Assembly (NCBI GenBank): GCA_021108075.1
Contig: JAIORP010000197.1
Span: 20,509 to 84,508 of the forward strand
DNA from: Candidatus Omnitrophota bacterium
GTDB lineage: Bacteria; Omnitrophota; Gorgyraeia; Zapsychrales; Zapsychraceae
DNA length: 64,000 bases
Reading direction: 5' to 3'
Both the position numbers and the translations under genes were made by a program. The stretch's first letter is position 1. Every line of letters begins with the position of its first letter. Positions 10,379 to 19,613 of this stretch are shown piece by piece. The notes below the pieces were generated by a model that saw nothing but the letters and a program-made list of their open reading frames with translations, had not been told where the DNA came from and made no database searches.

Positions 10379-11523
10379 TGGAAGAAACAAATATTTTATT
10401 TCTCGACGATGAAGAAAGCATCTTGAGGTCTATCAAAGGTCTATTTATGGATTCTTCATTTCGAATCGTAACAACATCTGATCCTGATGAGGCCATGGAA
10501 ATTATTGAAAAGGGAAATATCAAGGTGGTTTTTAGTGACCATCGCATGCCTAAGATTACCGGTGTTGAATTTTTAAAAAAAATTAAAAAAAAACATCCCA
10601 GTATTATCAGGATACTGTTTACAGGATATGCTGATATTCAGTCTATTGAAGATGCTATTAATTTGGCTCAAGTTTATCATTTTGTCAATAAACCTTGGGA
10701 TACGAATGACTTAAAGGTTACGATATCGAATGCTATTGCTCACTACGATCTTATGGCAGAGAACAAAAAACTTGTTAAAAATTTAGAAGAAAAAAATGCG
10801 CATTTAAAAGTCCTGCTGGAAAAACAAAAAGAGTTTACATCAACTGTTTCGCATGAGCTTAGAACGCCGTTGGCTTCGATGAAAACTTCGATGGATATTC
10901 TTTTAAGCGGCACGCCAGGAAACCTGACTGAAGACCAGAAAGATATTGTTACCATGTCAAAAGAAAGTACAGACAGATTGAATCGTCTAATAAACGATAT
11001 TTTGGATTACAGTAAGATGGGATCAGGCAAAACATCCCTTAATATAGAAACGGTTAACGTTAATACAGTCATCCAACAGGTTGTTAATGTTCAGAATTCA
11101 GTCGCTGAAGATAAGGGCTTAAGATTGAAGTGTGAATTAGACAGAAGATTACCCGATATATATGTCGATAAAGATAAAATCAATCAAGTGCTGACAAATT
11201 TAATTAATAATGCTATTAAGTTTACAGAAAAAGGGGAAGTCGTAATTATCAGTAGTGGCCATAAAGATAAAAATTTTATTGAGGTTTGCGTGAAAGATTC
11301 CGGACCGGGAATATCAGATGAAGACAAGAATAAACTTTTCGAGGTGTTTCAGCAATTAGGTGATTCAAGGAAACATATCGGTGGCACAGGATTAGGACTG
11401 GCTATTTGTAAAGAAATAGTAGACTTCCATGGTGGAAAAATATGGGTTGAATCAGAATTAGGAAAAGGAAGTGCGTTTAAGTTCTTATTACCGATAAAAG
11501 AAAGACGGGGGGGGAATGAATAA
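10378..11523 (+). CDS. Hybrid receiver-histidine kinase (REC-HisKA-HATPase)
   Basis: [18 protein letters not shown]; SHELRTPL; NLINNAIKF; DSGPGI; GTGLGL. Confidence 0.9.
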   Translation: MEETNILFLDDEESILRSIKGLFMDSSFRIVTTSDPDEAMEIIEKGNIKVVFSDHRMPKITGVEFLKKIKKKHPSIIRILFTGYADIQSIEDAINLAQVYHFVNKPWDTNDLKVTISNAIAHYDLMAENKKLVKNLEEKNAHLKVLLEKQKEFTSTVSHELRTPLASMKTSMDILLSGTPGNLTEDQKDIVTMSKESTDRLNRLINDILDYSKMGSGKTSLNIETVNVNTVIQQVVNVQNSVAEDKGLRLKCELDRRLPDIYVDKDKINQVLTNLINNAIKFTEKGEVVIISSGHKDKNFIEVCVKDSGPGISDEDKNKLFEVFQQLGDSRKHIGGTGLGLAICKEIVDFHGGKIWVESELGKGSAFKFLLPIKERRGGNE

Positions 11524-12310
11524 AAAAAAGACAATCCTAATAGTTGATGATGAAAAAAATTTAAGAAAATTGGTAGGATATCAATTTAAGGCAAAGGGGT
11601 ATGAAGTTGTTGACGCGGTTGATGGACTTGATGGACTTGATAAATTACAGACGGCTAACCCGGATCTTATTATCCTTGATATGAATATGCCGAGAATGAA
11701 CGGAATAGAATTTTATCAAAAAATATTAGATGACAATAAGAGACCAAAGCATCCTATTCTGGTCCTGACTGCCCGGGCGAATATGGAACAATTGTTTAGA
11801 GAACTGGATATTAATGGTTTTATGGCAAAGCCATTTGAGATTGATGAGCTTATCGAAGAGGCGCAAATTATAATACAAAAAAGTGATAGAGAATATGTTT
11901 CCCCAGGATTGAGGAAGCTCGGTGAAATAAAAGAAATTTTTATAATAGAAAATAACCAGGAAGATGTAAAAGAAATTGGCTCTACTTTTTTGGGTTCTGG
12001 ATATAAGGTTAGTACCGCGAACAGTGGAACATCCGGTATTGAGAAAATTTCTGTTGATCTTCCGGCACTAGTGCTGGTTAACTTGAGTTTAGTGGATATT
12101 CCCGGGGATATGGTTGTTGAAAGATTAAAACGAATGTCTAAAACAAAAGATATTAATATTATTTTGTACGTAAAAAGAACAGAAAAGCATAATAAGGCTA
12201 TTATGGAAAACATGGCAAAAAAAGCGAGCATCATTGACTTTATCGAATATTCAGATCCTGACGAGTTGCTCGAAGCTGTTTGTCGCGTGTATCAGAATAA
12301 AAAGAACTAA
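11516..12310 (+). CDS. Tandem receiver protein (REC + pseudo-REC)
   Basis: First REC intact (ILIVDDE, LDMNMP, KPF); second has IENN and LVLVN in place of the acidic pocket and phospho-Asp. Confidence 0.85.
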   Translation: MNKKKTILIVDDEKNLRKLVGYQFKAKGYEVVDAVDGLDGLDKLQTANPDLIILDMNMPRMNGIEFYQKILDDNKRPKHPILVLTARANMEQLFRELDINGFMAKPFEIDELIEEAQIIIQKSDREYVSPGLRKLGEIKEIFIIENNQEDVKEIGSTFLGSGYKVSTANSGTSGIEKISVDLPALVLVNLSLVDIPGDMVVERLKRMSKTKDINIILYVKRTEKHNKAIMENMAKKASIIDFIEYSDPDELLEAVCRVYQNKKN

Positions 12311-12323
12311 ATGAAGTGTACGG

Positions 12324-12425
12324 ATGAAGAAAAGCCTGCTTATCGATGATGATCCTGATATGGTGGGCATTGAAGAATTGTTTAGAAATAGACCATTATC
12401 AAGTTATTACAGTCATGGCTAACAA
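12324..12425 (+). pseudogene. Frameshifted receiver-domain fragment
   Basis: MKKSLLIDDDPDMV continues in another frame as ALKNCLEIDHYQVITV, a REC N-terminus, and is then lost. Confidence 0.5.
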
Positions 12426-12503
12426 AAAAATGTGCCTGCCTCTTTGAGCAAGTGATTTCTTCATTATGAGTATGTGTAAATAAAATGATCCGGGAAGGGT
12501 GAA

Positions 12504-13217
12504 ATGAAAAAAGCAATTATTATCGGCGCGACATCAGGAATTGGAAAAGAATTAGCCCGTGTGCTTTCTCAAAATGGTTATGTTGTTGGATCTGTCGGAA
12601 GGAGAATTCACCTGTTAAATAAATTTAAAATGGAATTTCCTGATGGTTTTATCAAATCTATCGATGTTTCAAAAACTTCAGAAGCCATAAACCAATTAAA
12701 AGAGCTTATTTCTGAAATGAATGGAGTGGATATTGTTGTAATCAGTTCAGGCGTAGGATTTATCAATCATGATTTACAATGGGATCAGGAAAAAGAAACA
12801 ATTGATGTCAACATTTCTGGTTTTACGGCGATGGCAAATGTAGCTATGCATCATTTCTTATCAAAAGGTCATGGACATCTTGTCGGCATATCATCAATAG
12901 CAGCGATTAGAGGCGACGGAGACTCTCCCGCCTACAGCGCGTCCAAGTCTTTTATCTCAAATTATATGGAAGGGTTAAGAAAAAAAGTTTCAAAAACAGG
13001 AGCATCTATTATCATAACAAATATTCAGCCTGGTTTTGTCGACACCGCGATGGCAAAGGGGGAAGGACTTTTTTGGGTGGCATCCCCACAAAAAGCAGCG
13101 CAACAAATTTATAATGCAATCAAAAGTAAAAAGAAACACGCTTATATTACTAAACGATGGAAAATAATTGGATGGTTGATGAAATTTATGCCTGAGTTTA
13201 TTTATAACAAATTATGA
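12504..13217 (+). CDS. SDR-family NAD(P)-dependent oxidoreductase
   Basis: GATSGIG, SS catalytic Ser region, YSASK, PGFVDT. Confidence 0.9.
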   Translation: MKKAIIIGATSGIGKELARVLSQNGYVVGSVGRRIHLLNKFKMEFPDGFIKSIDVSKTSEAINQLKELISEMNGVDIVVISSGVGFINHDLQWDQEKETIDVNISGFTAMANVAMHHFLSKGHGHLVGISSIAAIRGDGDSPAYSASKSFISNYMEGLRKKVSKTGASIIITNIQPGFVDTAMAKGEGLFWVASPQKAAQQIYNAIKSKKKHAYITKRWKIIGWLMKFMPEFIYNKL

Positions 13218-13247
13218 ACCATATGTGTCAAAAAAAAATGAGCGCCC

Positions 13248-13631
13248 ATGATAGACGTAACAGCGATTGATCATGTTTGCCTGTCCGTAAGTTCTCTCGC
13301 CCGTGCGCAGGAATACTACGAGCGGGTTTTCGGGGCATCCTGTAATCTTCGTGAAGGAGATCCGAGAACATTAGTGGTGGAAGCCGCGCGCGTTCATTTT
13401 TTCCTTTCAAAGTCGCCTGCGAGTTCAGAATTCCTCTCAAGTCAACATTTGTCTCTGCGTGTCAATTCATTGGACGATGTCATAGCCGCATTAAACGCAT
13501 TGGGCATAACAAAATACAAAACCGGAGTTGTCAGTTTCTTCAAACATAACAACTACCGGTGGTGCGCATGGAAAGATCCTGATGGCATTCGTTTAGAGTG
13601 CGTTGAAATGCTAAAAGGATGCAACACATAA
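13248..13631 (+). CDS. VOC/glyoxalase-family protein
   Basis: IDHVCLSV...YYERVFG, HLSLRV, DPDGIRLE. Confidence 0.85.
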   Translation: MIDVTAIDHVCLSVSSLARAQEYYERVFGASCNLREGDPRTLVVEAARVHFFLSKSPASSEFLSSQHLSLRVNSLDDVIAALNALGITKYKTGVVSFFKHNNYRWCAWKDPDGIRLECVEMLKGCNT

Positions 13632-13988
13632 CCAACAACTGGCGATGATGCCTGACAGCATGTTTCAGTTGGCCCCGGACACATTTTTTTCAAAATAAAG
13701 GGAAATAATATTATTAGCAGGAACGGGACGACAGGAACAGCATAATCTTGAAAGACGACATAGTTAAAGTGGCCATCTTTTGTGCATCAGGTTACTGCCC
13801 GTCGAATCTTCAAAGTACACTGAATCGCCTGATTCATCGGTGACCGCGACGAATGCTTCGCTTGTTTTTCCTGAAACATAAAAGGATTCTTACTGTTTGC
13901 GGATAGGATCCTTTACGCCGAACCCTCAATCAATCCTCTGTTGACGCATTCCTGATCTTTTGCTCAATTTTGATACTTTACGGTTAAG

Positions 13989-14017
13989 TTGACTTATGAT
14001 ATGTATTTTTGTATAAT
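13989..14017 (+). promoter_or_regulatory. Near-consensus sigma70 promoter at the start of the lipid cluster
   Basis: TTGACT, 17 bp, TATAAT. The TTG taken as ORF start at 13989 is this -35 box; the likely start codon is ATG 14058. Confidence 0.75.
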
Positions 14018-14057
14018 TTTAATTTATTACCAATATTTATATACTGAGTTCAATTAC

Positions 14058-14807
14058 ATGAAAAAAACAAAAGTAATACCAAATCCATTAATAAAGGGTT
14101 CTATCTTAATTCTGATATTCTCGCTAAATCGTCGAGAAAAGCAGAATGGGGTTTGGTCATTATTTAATGGAATTGGTATAATCATACGTGTAATGATCCT
14201 GGCCGTTATTTTTTCTGGTTATACGAGCCATGCCGGATCAGCAGAAGAACCAAAGAAAAATGCTTCATTTTACAAAAGTTTTTCCTATTTTACCGGTTTC
14301 GCCAAAGGGGAATTGAATATAGAAGAGGATTATAAGATTATTCCTTCAATTTTTCGTTTTGCCTTTGATATGGATAAAATGGGAATCGGCGCCGCAGATA
14401 TTACTGAGTCAATTGCAACCAAGTTTTTTAGTAATCCCGGTCTGGAAGTGAAAGGGGAAACAGAATTTTTAATAGAAACGTTTATTAATGGTATTATCAG
14501 CCCGGATAGCAATATTGAAGTTGGGTTTGAGCTACTGGTAAAGTATGCCTATCCTGTCACAGAACGGATCAATCCATATTTCTTTTCAGGTGGTGGTGTC
14601 ATTTTCATGACCCAGCATACGGATGAGCAATCAACACAATATAATTTTATTCCTCAAATGGGGGCAGGAATTTCTTACGACTTAAGAGAAGACCTTTCTT
14701 TAGATCTGGAATACAGATATAGACATTTATCCAACGCGAACAGAAAATTACCGAATGAGGGTATCAATGTAAATATGTTCCTTATTGGAACAACGTGGAA
14801 ATATTGA
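14058..14807 (+). CDS. PagL-like lipid A 3-O-deacylase / 'acyloxyacyl hydrolase' outer-membrane beta-barrel, with an in-frame MITE in its N-terminus
   Basis: C-terminal YNFIPQMGAG...YRYRHLSNANRKLPNEGIN (PagL-type HxSN motif); terminal aromatic residues (WKY). Confidence 0.8.
   Translation: MKKTKVIPNPLIKGSILILIFSLNRREKQNGVWSLFNGIGIIIRVMILAVIFSGYTSHAGSAEEPKKNASFYKSFSYFTGFAKGELNIEEDYKIIPSIFRFAFDMDKMGIGAADITESIATKFFSNPGLEVKGETEFLIETFINGIISPDSNIEVGFELLVKYAYPVTERINPYFFSGGGVIFMTQHTDEQSTQYNFIPQMGAGISYDLREDLSLDLEYRYRHLSNANRKLPNEGINVNMFLIGTTWKY
14077..14178 (-). mobile_element. MITE copy 2 (long 102-bp variant, inverted), inserted in-frame in a CDS
   Basis: Reverse complement aligns to copy 1; TAA duplicated at 14074-14076 and 14179-14181; 102+3 = 105 bp = 35 codons. 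Confidence 0.85.
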
Positions 14808-14844
14808 TCAATAAACAGGGAATGACTGAATATCAAGGAAAAAA

Positions 14845-15573
14845 ATGACTAAGAAGAGGATCGCTTTAGTTGTGGGTGGTAGTCGAGGGATCGGTAAAGC
14901 TATCGCGCGCGAATTAGCAGGCTGTGGTTTCGATATTTGGCTCACGTACAAAAGCAATCAAGAAGCAGCACAATCTGTCCGGAAAGATATTGAGGCATTA
15001 AAACAACAATGTGAATTATTCTCTTTTGATGTATCCAGTCATGCAGAAACCAAAAATGCGTTAGCGGATAAATGTGATGAAACCGCGCCGTATGCTGTTG
15101 TATTCAATGCAGGGATCACACGTGATAATCTCTTGATGTGGACAACCAAGGAAGAATGGAATGATGTGATCGCAACGAATTTGAATGGATTTTATAATGT
15201 GATGCATGTCGTTCTTTTCTCCATGCTCAAAGAAAAACAAGGAAGAATTATCGCGATCTCGTCCACAGCGGGAGAGGTCGGACAGGCAGGGCAGGTCAAT
15301 TATTCCGCCTCAAAAGCCGGTTTGATCGGAGCGTGTAAAGCACTGGCAAGAGAAGTGGGGAAAAAGAATATATATGTGAATGTTGTTTCACCAGGCTTTA
15401 TTGAAACAGACATGACAAAAAAAATCCCACATGATAAAATTTTGCCTTTGATTCCTTTAGCCAGAGTTGGATCAGCTGAAGACGTGGCCTCAATTGTCGG
15501 ATATTTATGCAGCGAAAAAAATATGTACATTCATGGGCAAGTGATCGGAGTCAATGGCGGGCTTGCTACTTAG
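14845..15573 (+). CDS. fabG: 3-oxoacyl-ACP reductase (cluster-specific FabG paralogue)
   Basis: GGSRGIG, NAGITRD, GQVNYSASKAG, PGFIETDMT. Confidence 0.9.
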   Translation: MTKKRIALVVGGSRGIGKAIARELAGCGFDIWLTYKSNQEAAQSVRKDIEALKQQCELFSFDVSSHAETKNALADKCDETAPYAVVFNAGITRDNLLMWTTKEEWNDVIATNLNGFYNVMHVVLFSMLKEKQGRIIAISSTAGEVGQAGQVNYSASKAGLIGACKALAREVGKKNIYVNVVSPGFIETDMTKKIPHDKILPLIPLARVGSAEDVASIVGYLCSEKNMYIHGQVIGVNGGLAT

Positions 15574-15581
15574 TGCAATAA

Positions 15582-15701
15582 TACCAATTCCAGTGACTCT
15601 CCTCGCAGCAGAGCTACGAGGAATTCACTCCATTAAATAATGACCAAAACCAATTCTGCTTTTCAGAATTAAGATAGAGCAATTTATTAATGGATTTGGT
15701 A
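15582..15701 (+). mobile_element. MITE copy 3 (80-bp variant) carrying a nested 40-bp insertion
   Basis: TAA-TACCAATTCCA...ATTAATGGATTTGGTA-TAA; 120 bp = 80 + 40. Confidence 0.85.
15593..15628. mobile_element. 36-bp palindromic mini-element nested in the MITE, with 4-bp flanking duplication TCCA
   Basis: GTGACTCTCCTCGCAGCAGAGCTACGAGGAATTCAC flanked by TCCA (15589-15592, 15629-15632); the uninterrupted copies have a single TCCA/TTCA here. Confidence 0.7.
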
Positions 15702-15720
15702 TAACAAATTAATTTTTGCA

Positions 15721-15812
15721 CTAAAGGGGGCGTGGAGGAGATTGTCTCCCACGCTTTTGTGGTGCTCCGTTCCGCCTCCGGCGGGACGCCGAAGGCGGAT
15801 GAGTCCCCCTAG
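15721..15812. repeat. GC-rich multi-hairpin (REP-like) intergenic element
   Basis: Hairpins GCGTGGAGGAGA/TCTCCCACGC and TCCGCCTCCGGCG/CGCCGAAGGCGGA enclosed by AGGGGG...CCCCCT, in AT-rich surroundings. Confidence 0.55.
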
Positions 15813-15868
15813 CGGAAGTGGCTCGCTTATGAAAAAATAAATTTGGCGAGACACCAGGATGATAAAAC

Positions 15869-17365
15869 ATGAAGCATTATGACAGCATAGTTGTGGGAAG
15901 CGGGATAAGCGGCTTAACGATCGCGCGTCTTTTGGCAATGAATGGACAAAAAGTTCTGATCATTGAGAAGGGGGGAAATATTGGTGGAAGCATGGCGCGA
16001 TTTTACAAAAATGGCGTTCCCTTCGACACAGGGTTTCATTTCACAGGCGCCTTCCTCAAAAACGGAATTCTGAACGACATGCTCATTGTCCTGGGGATAC
16101 AGGATACGATCAAACCCATCGTTCTTCCTGATGAAAACGGACAAATCTATGTCTTTGAGAATGACAACAAAAAATATTTCTTGCCCAATGGTGTTGCTAA
16201 TTTTGTCAAAGAACTGAAAAAGTATTTCCCTGAAGAGACCCGGGGTATTGACGATTTCTTTAGTCTCGCTAAAAAGATCTATAACGAAACAAGTTCTTTA
16301 GATCTCTCGAGAATTACGGAAGCGCCTCGCGTCTTAGATGAGGATGACATCAGCTTGCAGGAAATTTTAGACAAGACCATGAAAGACGGCCATTTAAAAG
16401 GCATACTATCAACGTTCAGTATGTGTTATGGCGTAAAGCCTTCCGAAGTGTCTGTCGCAAACCATTTCCGCGTTGCCTATGGAATGTATGACAGTGTGGT
16501 CCGAATTAAAAATGGTGGAAAGGCGTTCATCGATGCATTTAATGAAGACTTTATTAAACTGGGTATTGAGGTTAAAACCAACTGCACCATTGATAAATTT
16601 CTGGATATTGAGAAAAATATTATTAAAAAATTTATTTTAAGTGATGGGGAGACATTATCCTGCGACCAGTGTATTTTCACTATTCATCCCAAAGCGGTTG
16701 TTGAGAGTCTTCCCGAAGGACATTTAAGTAAAGCATTTCTAAGCCGTATCAATGATTTTGAGCCGGCCGCCGGATTCTTTACTGTTTATGGAACAATTGA
16801 ATCCGATGATCCTGATTTTGTGCCGAGTATTGTGTCAATTCTCCCGTCTCAGGACATTAATGTTTTGTTGGAGCCAACGAACAATGGATGTTCCGCGCTC
16901 GTTTTAATGACCAGTTATGAGAAAGTTCAGGGGAAAATCGTAAAAGTTTTAACAGCGATGGAACCATCTTTCACAGAACAAGTTGCTGAATGGATAGACT
17001 CAAAAGTCGGCAGACGTCCTGGATCCTACTATGCGTACAAAGAGAATAAGATTGAACAGATTAAGCAAAGGATATACCGATACAATCCAGCATACAAAGA
17101 TTCATATAAAATAATGGGAGCGGCCTCCATTCTAACATATCGAGATTACTTGAATTCCTTCGAGTGCACAGCCTATGGCATCAAACAGAAAATGGGGCAA
17201 TTTAATTTATTCGGAAAACTTCCCTTGAAAAATATTTACGCGTGTGGTCAAAGTTCCGTTCTTCCAGGTGTCGTGGGGGCGATGATGTCATCGTTTATTA
17301 TCGCGCGCAGCATTGTTGGGCGAGATGAATACGATGCATTTATAAAAACAAGGTTAAACAAATGA
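15869..17365 (+). CDS. Phytoene desaturase / retinol saturase-like FAD-dependent oxidoreductase
   Basis: GSGISG Rossmann motif, EK...IGG, FDTGFHF, C-terminal TYRDY...AYG...NIYACGQS...PGVVG. Confidence 0.85.
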   Translation: MKHYDSIVVGSGISGLTIARLLAMNGQKVLIIEKGGNIGGSMARFYKNGVPFDTGFHFTGAFLKNGILNDMLIVLGIQDTIKPIVLPDENGQIYVFENDNKKYFLPNGVANFVKELKKYFPEETRGIDDFFSLAKKIYNETSSLDLSRITEAPRVLDEDDISLQEILDKTMKDGHLKGILSTFSMCYGVKPSEVSVANHFRVAYGMYDSVVRIKNGGKAFIDAFNEDFIKLGIEVKTNCTIDKFLDIEKNIIKKFILSDGETLSCDQCIFTIHPKAVVESLPEGHLSKAFLSRINDFEPAAGFFTVYGTIESDDPDFVPSIVSILPSQDINVLLEPTNNGCSALVLMTSYEKVQGKIVKVLTAMEPSFTEQVAEWIDSKVGRRPGSYYAYKENKIEQIKQRIYRYNPAYKDSYKIMGAASILTYRDYLNSFECTAYGIKQKMGQFNLFGKLPLKNIYACGQSSVLPGVVGAMMSSFIIARSIVGRDEYDAFIKTRLNK

Positions 17366-18585
17366 AAAGAGTTGTCATAACGGGTATAGGCGCGGTTACG
17401 CCCTTGGGCGCTAATGTTGATGAAACCATCGCTGCAATTGAAGCGAATAAAAGTGCTGTTGTTAAAATGGAAATCTGGAAAGAATATGACGGGTTAAATA
17501 ACCTCGTCGCTGCCCCTGCCGAACTGAAAAACGAAAAAGAAATCCCACGAAAAAAAAGACGATCTATGGGACGAATGGGTATCTTTTCTGTGCAGGCAGC
17601 CCGGGAAGCTGTTGCTGATGCAGGATTAGACAGAGAAAAGGTCGGATCTGCGTGCACAGGATGTATTATTGGGTCAACAATGGGTGGTGCCGAAGCAATG
17701 AATGACACATTTGAGCTGATGCTTCCTAAAAAGGATCTTTCTGAACTGTCTTCCATGAATTTCTTTAAATGTGTTTCTCATACCGCGGCCATGAATGTTT
17801 CTCAGTATTTTGGGATCAAAGGGTGTGTGATGGCAACATCCGCCGCATGTGCTTCTTCTTTGCAGGCTATTGGCGCGGCTTATTGGCTTATTCAAATGGG
17901 CAAACAAGACATCATGCTTTGCGGTGGGGCAGAAGAATTACACGCGATTGTGGCCGGTTCCTTTGATATTCTTTTTGCCACATCGACACATTTTAATGAT
18001 CGTCCAGAATTAACCCCACGGCCTTTTGATAAAGATCGCGATGGGTTGGTTTGTGGGGAAGGGAGTGGAATTCTTATTCTTGAGGAATATGAGCATGCGA
18101 GAAATAGAAACGCTAAAATTTATGCTGAAATAGTTGGTTATCATACATGTGGGAGTGGGGAGCATGTAAGCCAATCCAATAAACAGGCAATGGTTGAATG
18201 CATAGATAATACTCTTCGCTCAGCAAATATAAGGCCGGAAGATATTGACTATATCAATGCACACGCAACAGCTACATTACACGGAGATAAGGCGGAGAGC
18301 GAAGCTCTTAAGGAAATTTTCTCAGATAAAGTACCTGTCAGCAGTATGAAAGGATATATTGGACACACGTTAGGAGCTTCAGGGGCGATTGAACTGATTG
18401 CGACATTAAAGGGATCAGAACGCGGCATAATTTATCCAACGAAGAATTTAGAAAATCCCGCGGACGACTGTAAAGGAATCCAACATGTTATGCAAAAACA
18501 AAAAAAAGAGTTAAAATATATTTTAAAAAACTGTTTTGCCTTTGGCGGCATTAACGCATCGCTTATTGCAACACGTTTTTCTTAA
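17362..18585 (+). CDS. fabF: Beta-ketoacyl-ACP synthase (FabF/FabB type), catalytic triad intact
   Basis: RVVITGIG, AACASS (Cys), NAHATAT (His), KGYIGHTLGA (His), FAFGG. Confidence 0.9.
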   Translation: MKRVVITGIGAVTPLGANVDETIAAIEANKSAVVKMEIWKEYDGLNNLVAAPAELKNEKEIPRKKRRSMGRMGIFSVQAAREAVADAGLDREKVGSACTGCIIGSTMGGAEAMNDTFELMLPKKDLSELSSMNFFKCVSHTAAMNVSQYFGIKGCVMATSAACASSLQAIGAAYWLIQMGKQDIMLCGGAEELHAIVAGSFDILFATSTHFNDRPELTPRPFDKDRDGLVCGEGSGILILEEYEHARNRNAKIYAEIVGYHTCGSGEHVSQSNKQAMVECIDNTLRSANIRPEDIDYINAHATATLHGDKAESEALKEIFSDKVPVSSMKGYIGHTLGASGAIELIATLKGSERGIIYPTKNLENPADDCKGIQHVMQKQKKELKYILKNCFAFGGINASLIATRFS

Positions 18586-18601
18586 TGAGGGGATAGAGCT
18601 A

Positions 18602-18874
18602 ATGGATAGAAAAAAGATTGAAGAAATGGTGGATGAAGTTTTTGAAGAGTCTTTCGAAATAGAAAAAGAACAGCTCTCGCAGGAGAAAGGCATATTCCAG
18701 GATCTGGGGCTCGACAGCCTTGATATTGTTGATCTTATCGTCGCTTTACAAAAAAAATTCGGTGTAAAAATCAGGGATGATAACCGGGTACGAGAGATTA
18801 GAACACTGGGGGATATTTATAGCTTCATAGAATCACTTTATAAAGAAGGAAGTTTTACAATTGATAAAAATTAA
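18602..18874 (+). CDS. Acyl carrier protein
   Basis: DLGLDSLDIVDL; start ATG 18602 downstream of GAGGGG. Confidence 0.9.
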   Translation: MDRKKIEEMVDEVFEESFEIEKEQLSQEKGIFQDLGLDSLDIVDLIVALQKKFGVKIRDDNRVREIRTLGDIYSFIESLYKEGSFTIDKN

Positions 18875-19613
18875 GTTGCTGCTCCTTAACGTAATTTTTT
18901 ATACTTTATTCTTTATCTTCTCAACCATATATATTCCTTTGATGATCGTTATTTTAGTTTTATTCGCTCTTGTGATACCAGAACGCATCGTTTTGAGAAG
19001 AATCCGCAGGGCAATCAGTTTTTATGGGAAAATAATCATCCATATATTTACTTTTCCTTTTATTCGCGTGAAATATGAAGATCGATCAAGTGGAGATGAA
19101 AAGGGGCCATTTATTATTGTTTGCAATCACAGATCAGCATCAGATGCATTTCTAATGGCGTGCTTACCTTATGAATGCGTTCAGGTCGTAAACATTTGGC
19201 CCTTTAAACTTCCGCTGTTAGGGTGGTGCGCTAAGATGGCAGGCTATTTGAGTGTGAACGAGATGTCTGGCGAAGACTTCAGAAAAAAAACAGGCAAATT
19301 GCTTGAGGAGGGAGTCAATATCATTTCTTTTCCAGAAGGCACACGTTCAAACAGCAGACAAATGAAACAATTTTATAGTTCGATATTTAGAGTTGCCATT
19401 AAGAACAAGTGTGCCATAGTGCCTCTGTGCATATCTGGAAACGAACAAATACCAGCCAGAGGCTCAGGAATTTTACAACCCGGAATTATAAAACTACGAC
19501 GGCTTGCCGCCTTAAATTGGGAGAATTACAAAAATTGTTCCCCGTTTATTTTAAAAAATAAAGTTAAAGACATTCTTAAAACTGAATTAGAACAGATGGA
19601 TGAAGAAATATGA
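18861..19613 (+). CDS. Lysophospholipid (PlsC-like) acyltransferase
   Basis: NHRSASD (HxxxxD), FPEGTRS, N-terminal TM. Confidence 0.9.
   Translation: MIKIKLLLLNVIFYTLFFIFSTIYIPLMIVILVLFALVIPERIVLRRIRRAISFYGKIIIHIFTFPFIRVKYEDRSSGDEKGPFIIVCNHRSASDAFLMACLPYECVQVVNIWPFKLPLLGWCAKMAGYLSVNEMSGEDFRKKTGKLLEEGVNIISFPEGTRSNSRQMKQFYSSIFRVAIKNKCAIVPLCISGNEQIPARGSGILQPGIIKLRRLAALNWENYKNCSPFILKNKVKDILKTELEQMDEEI

Noticed and set aside
13626-13674. attC-like site after the VOC gene (ACATAAC ... GTTGGCC)
   Set aside because: Shorter than typical attC sites, core sites are not complementary, no recognisable L boxes, and no integrase or further cassettes.
13690-13960. Possible gene remnants on the minus strand here and at about 40860-41000 and 49600-49870
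   Set aside because: Short interrupted frames with no recognisable family.
13989-14057. N-terminal extension of the PagL-like ORF from TTG 13989
   Set aside because: This stretch is the -35/-10 promoter region; ATG 14058 gives a signal-peptide-like start.
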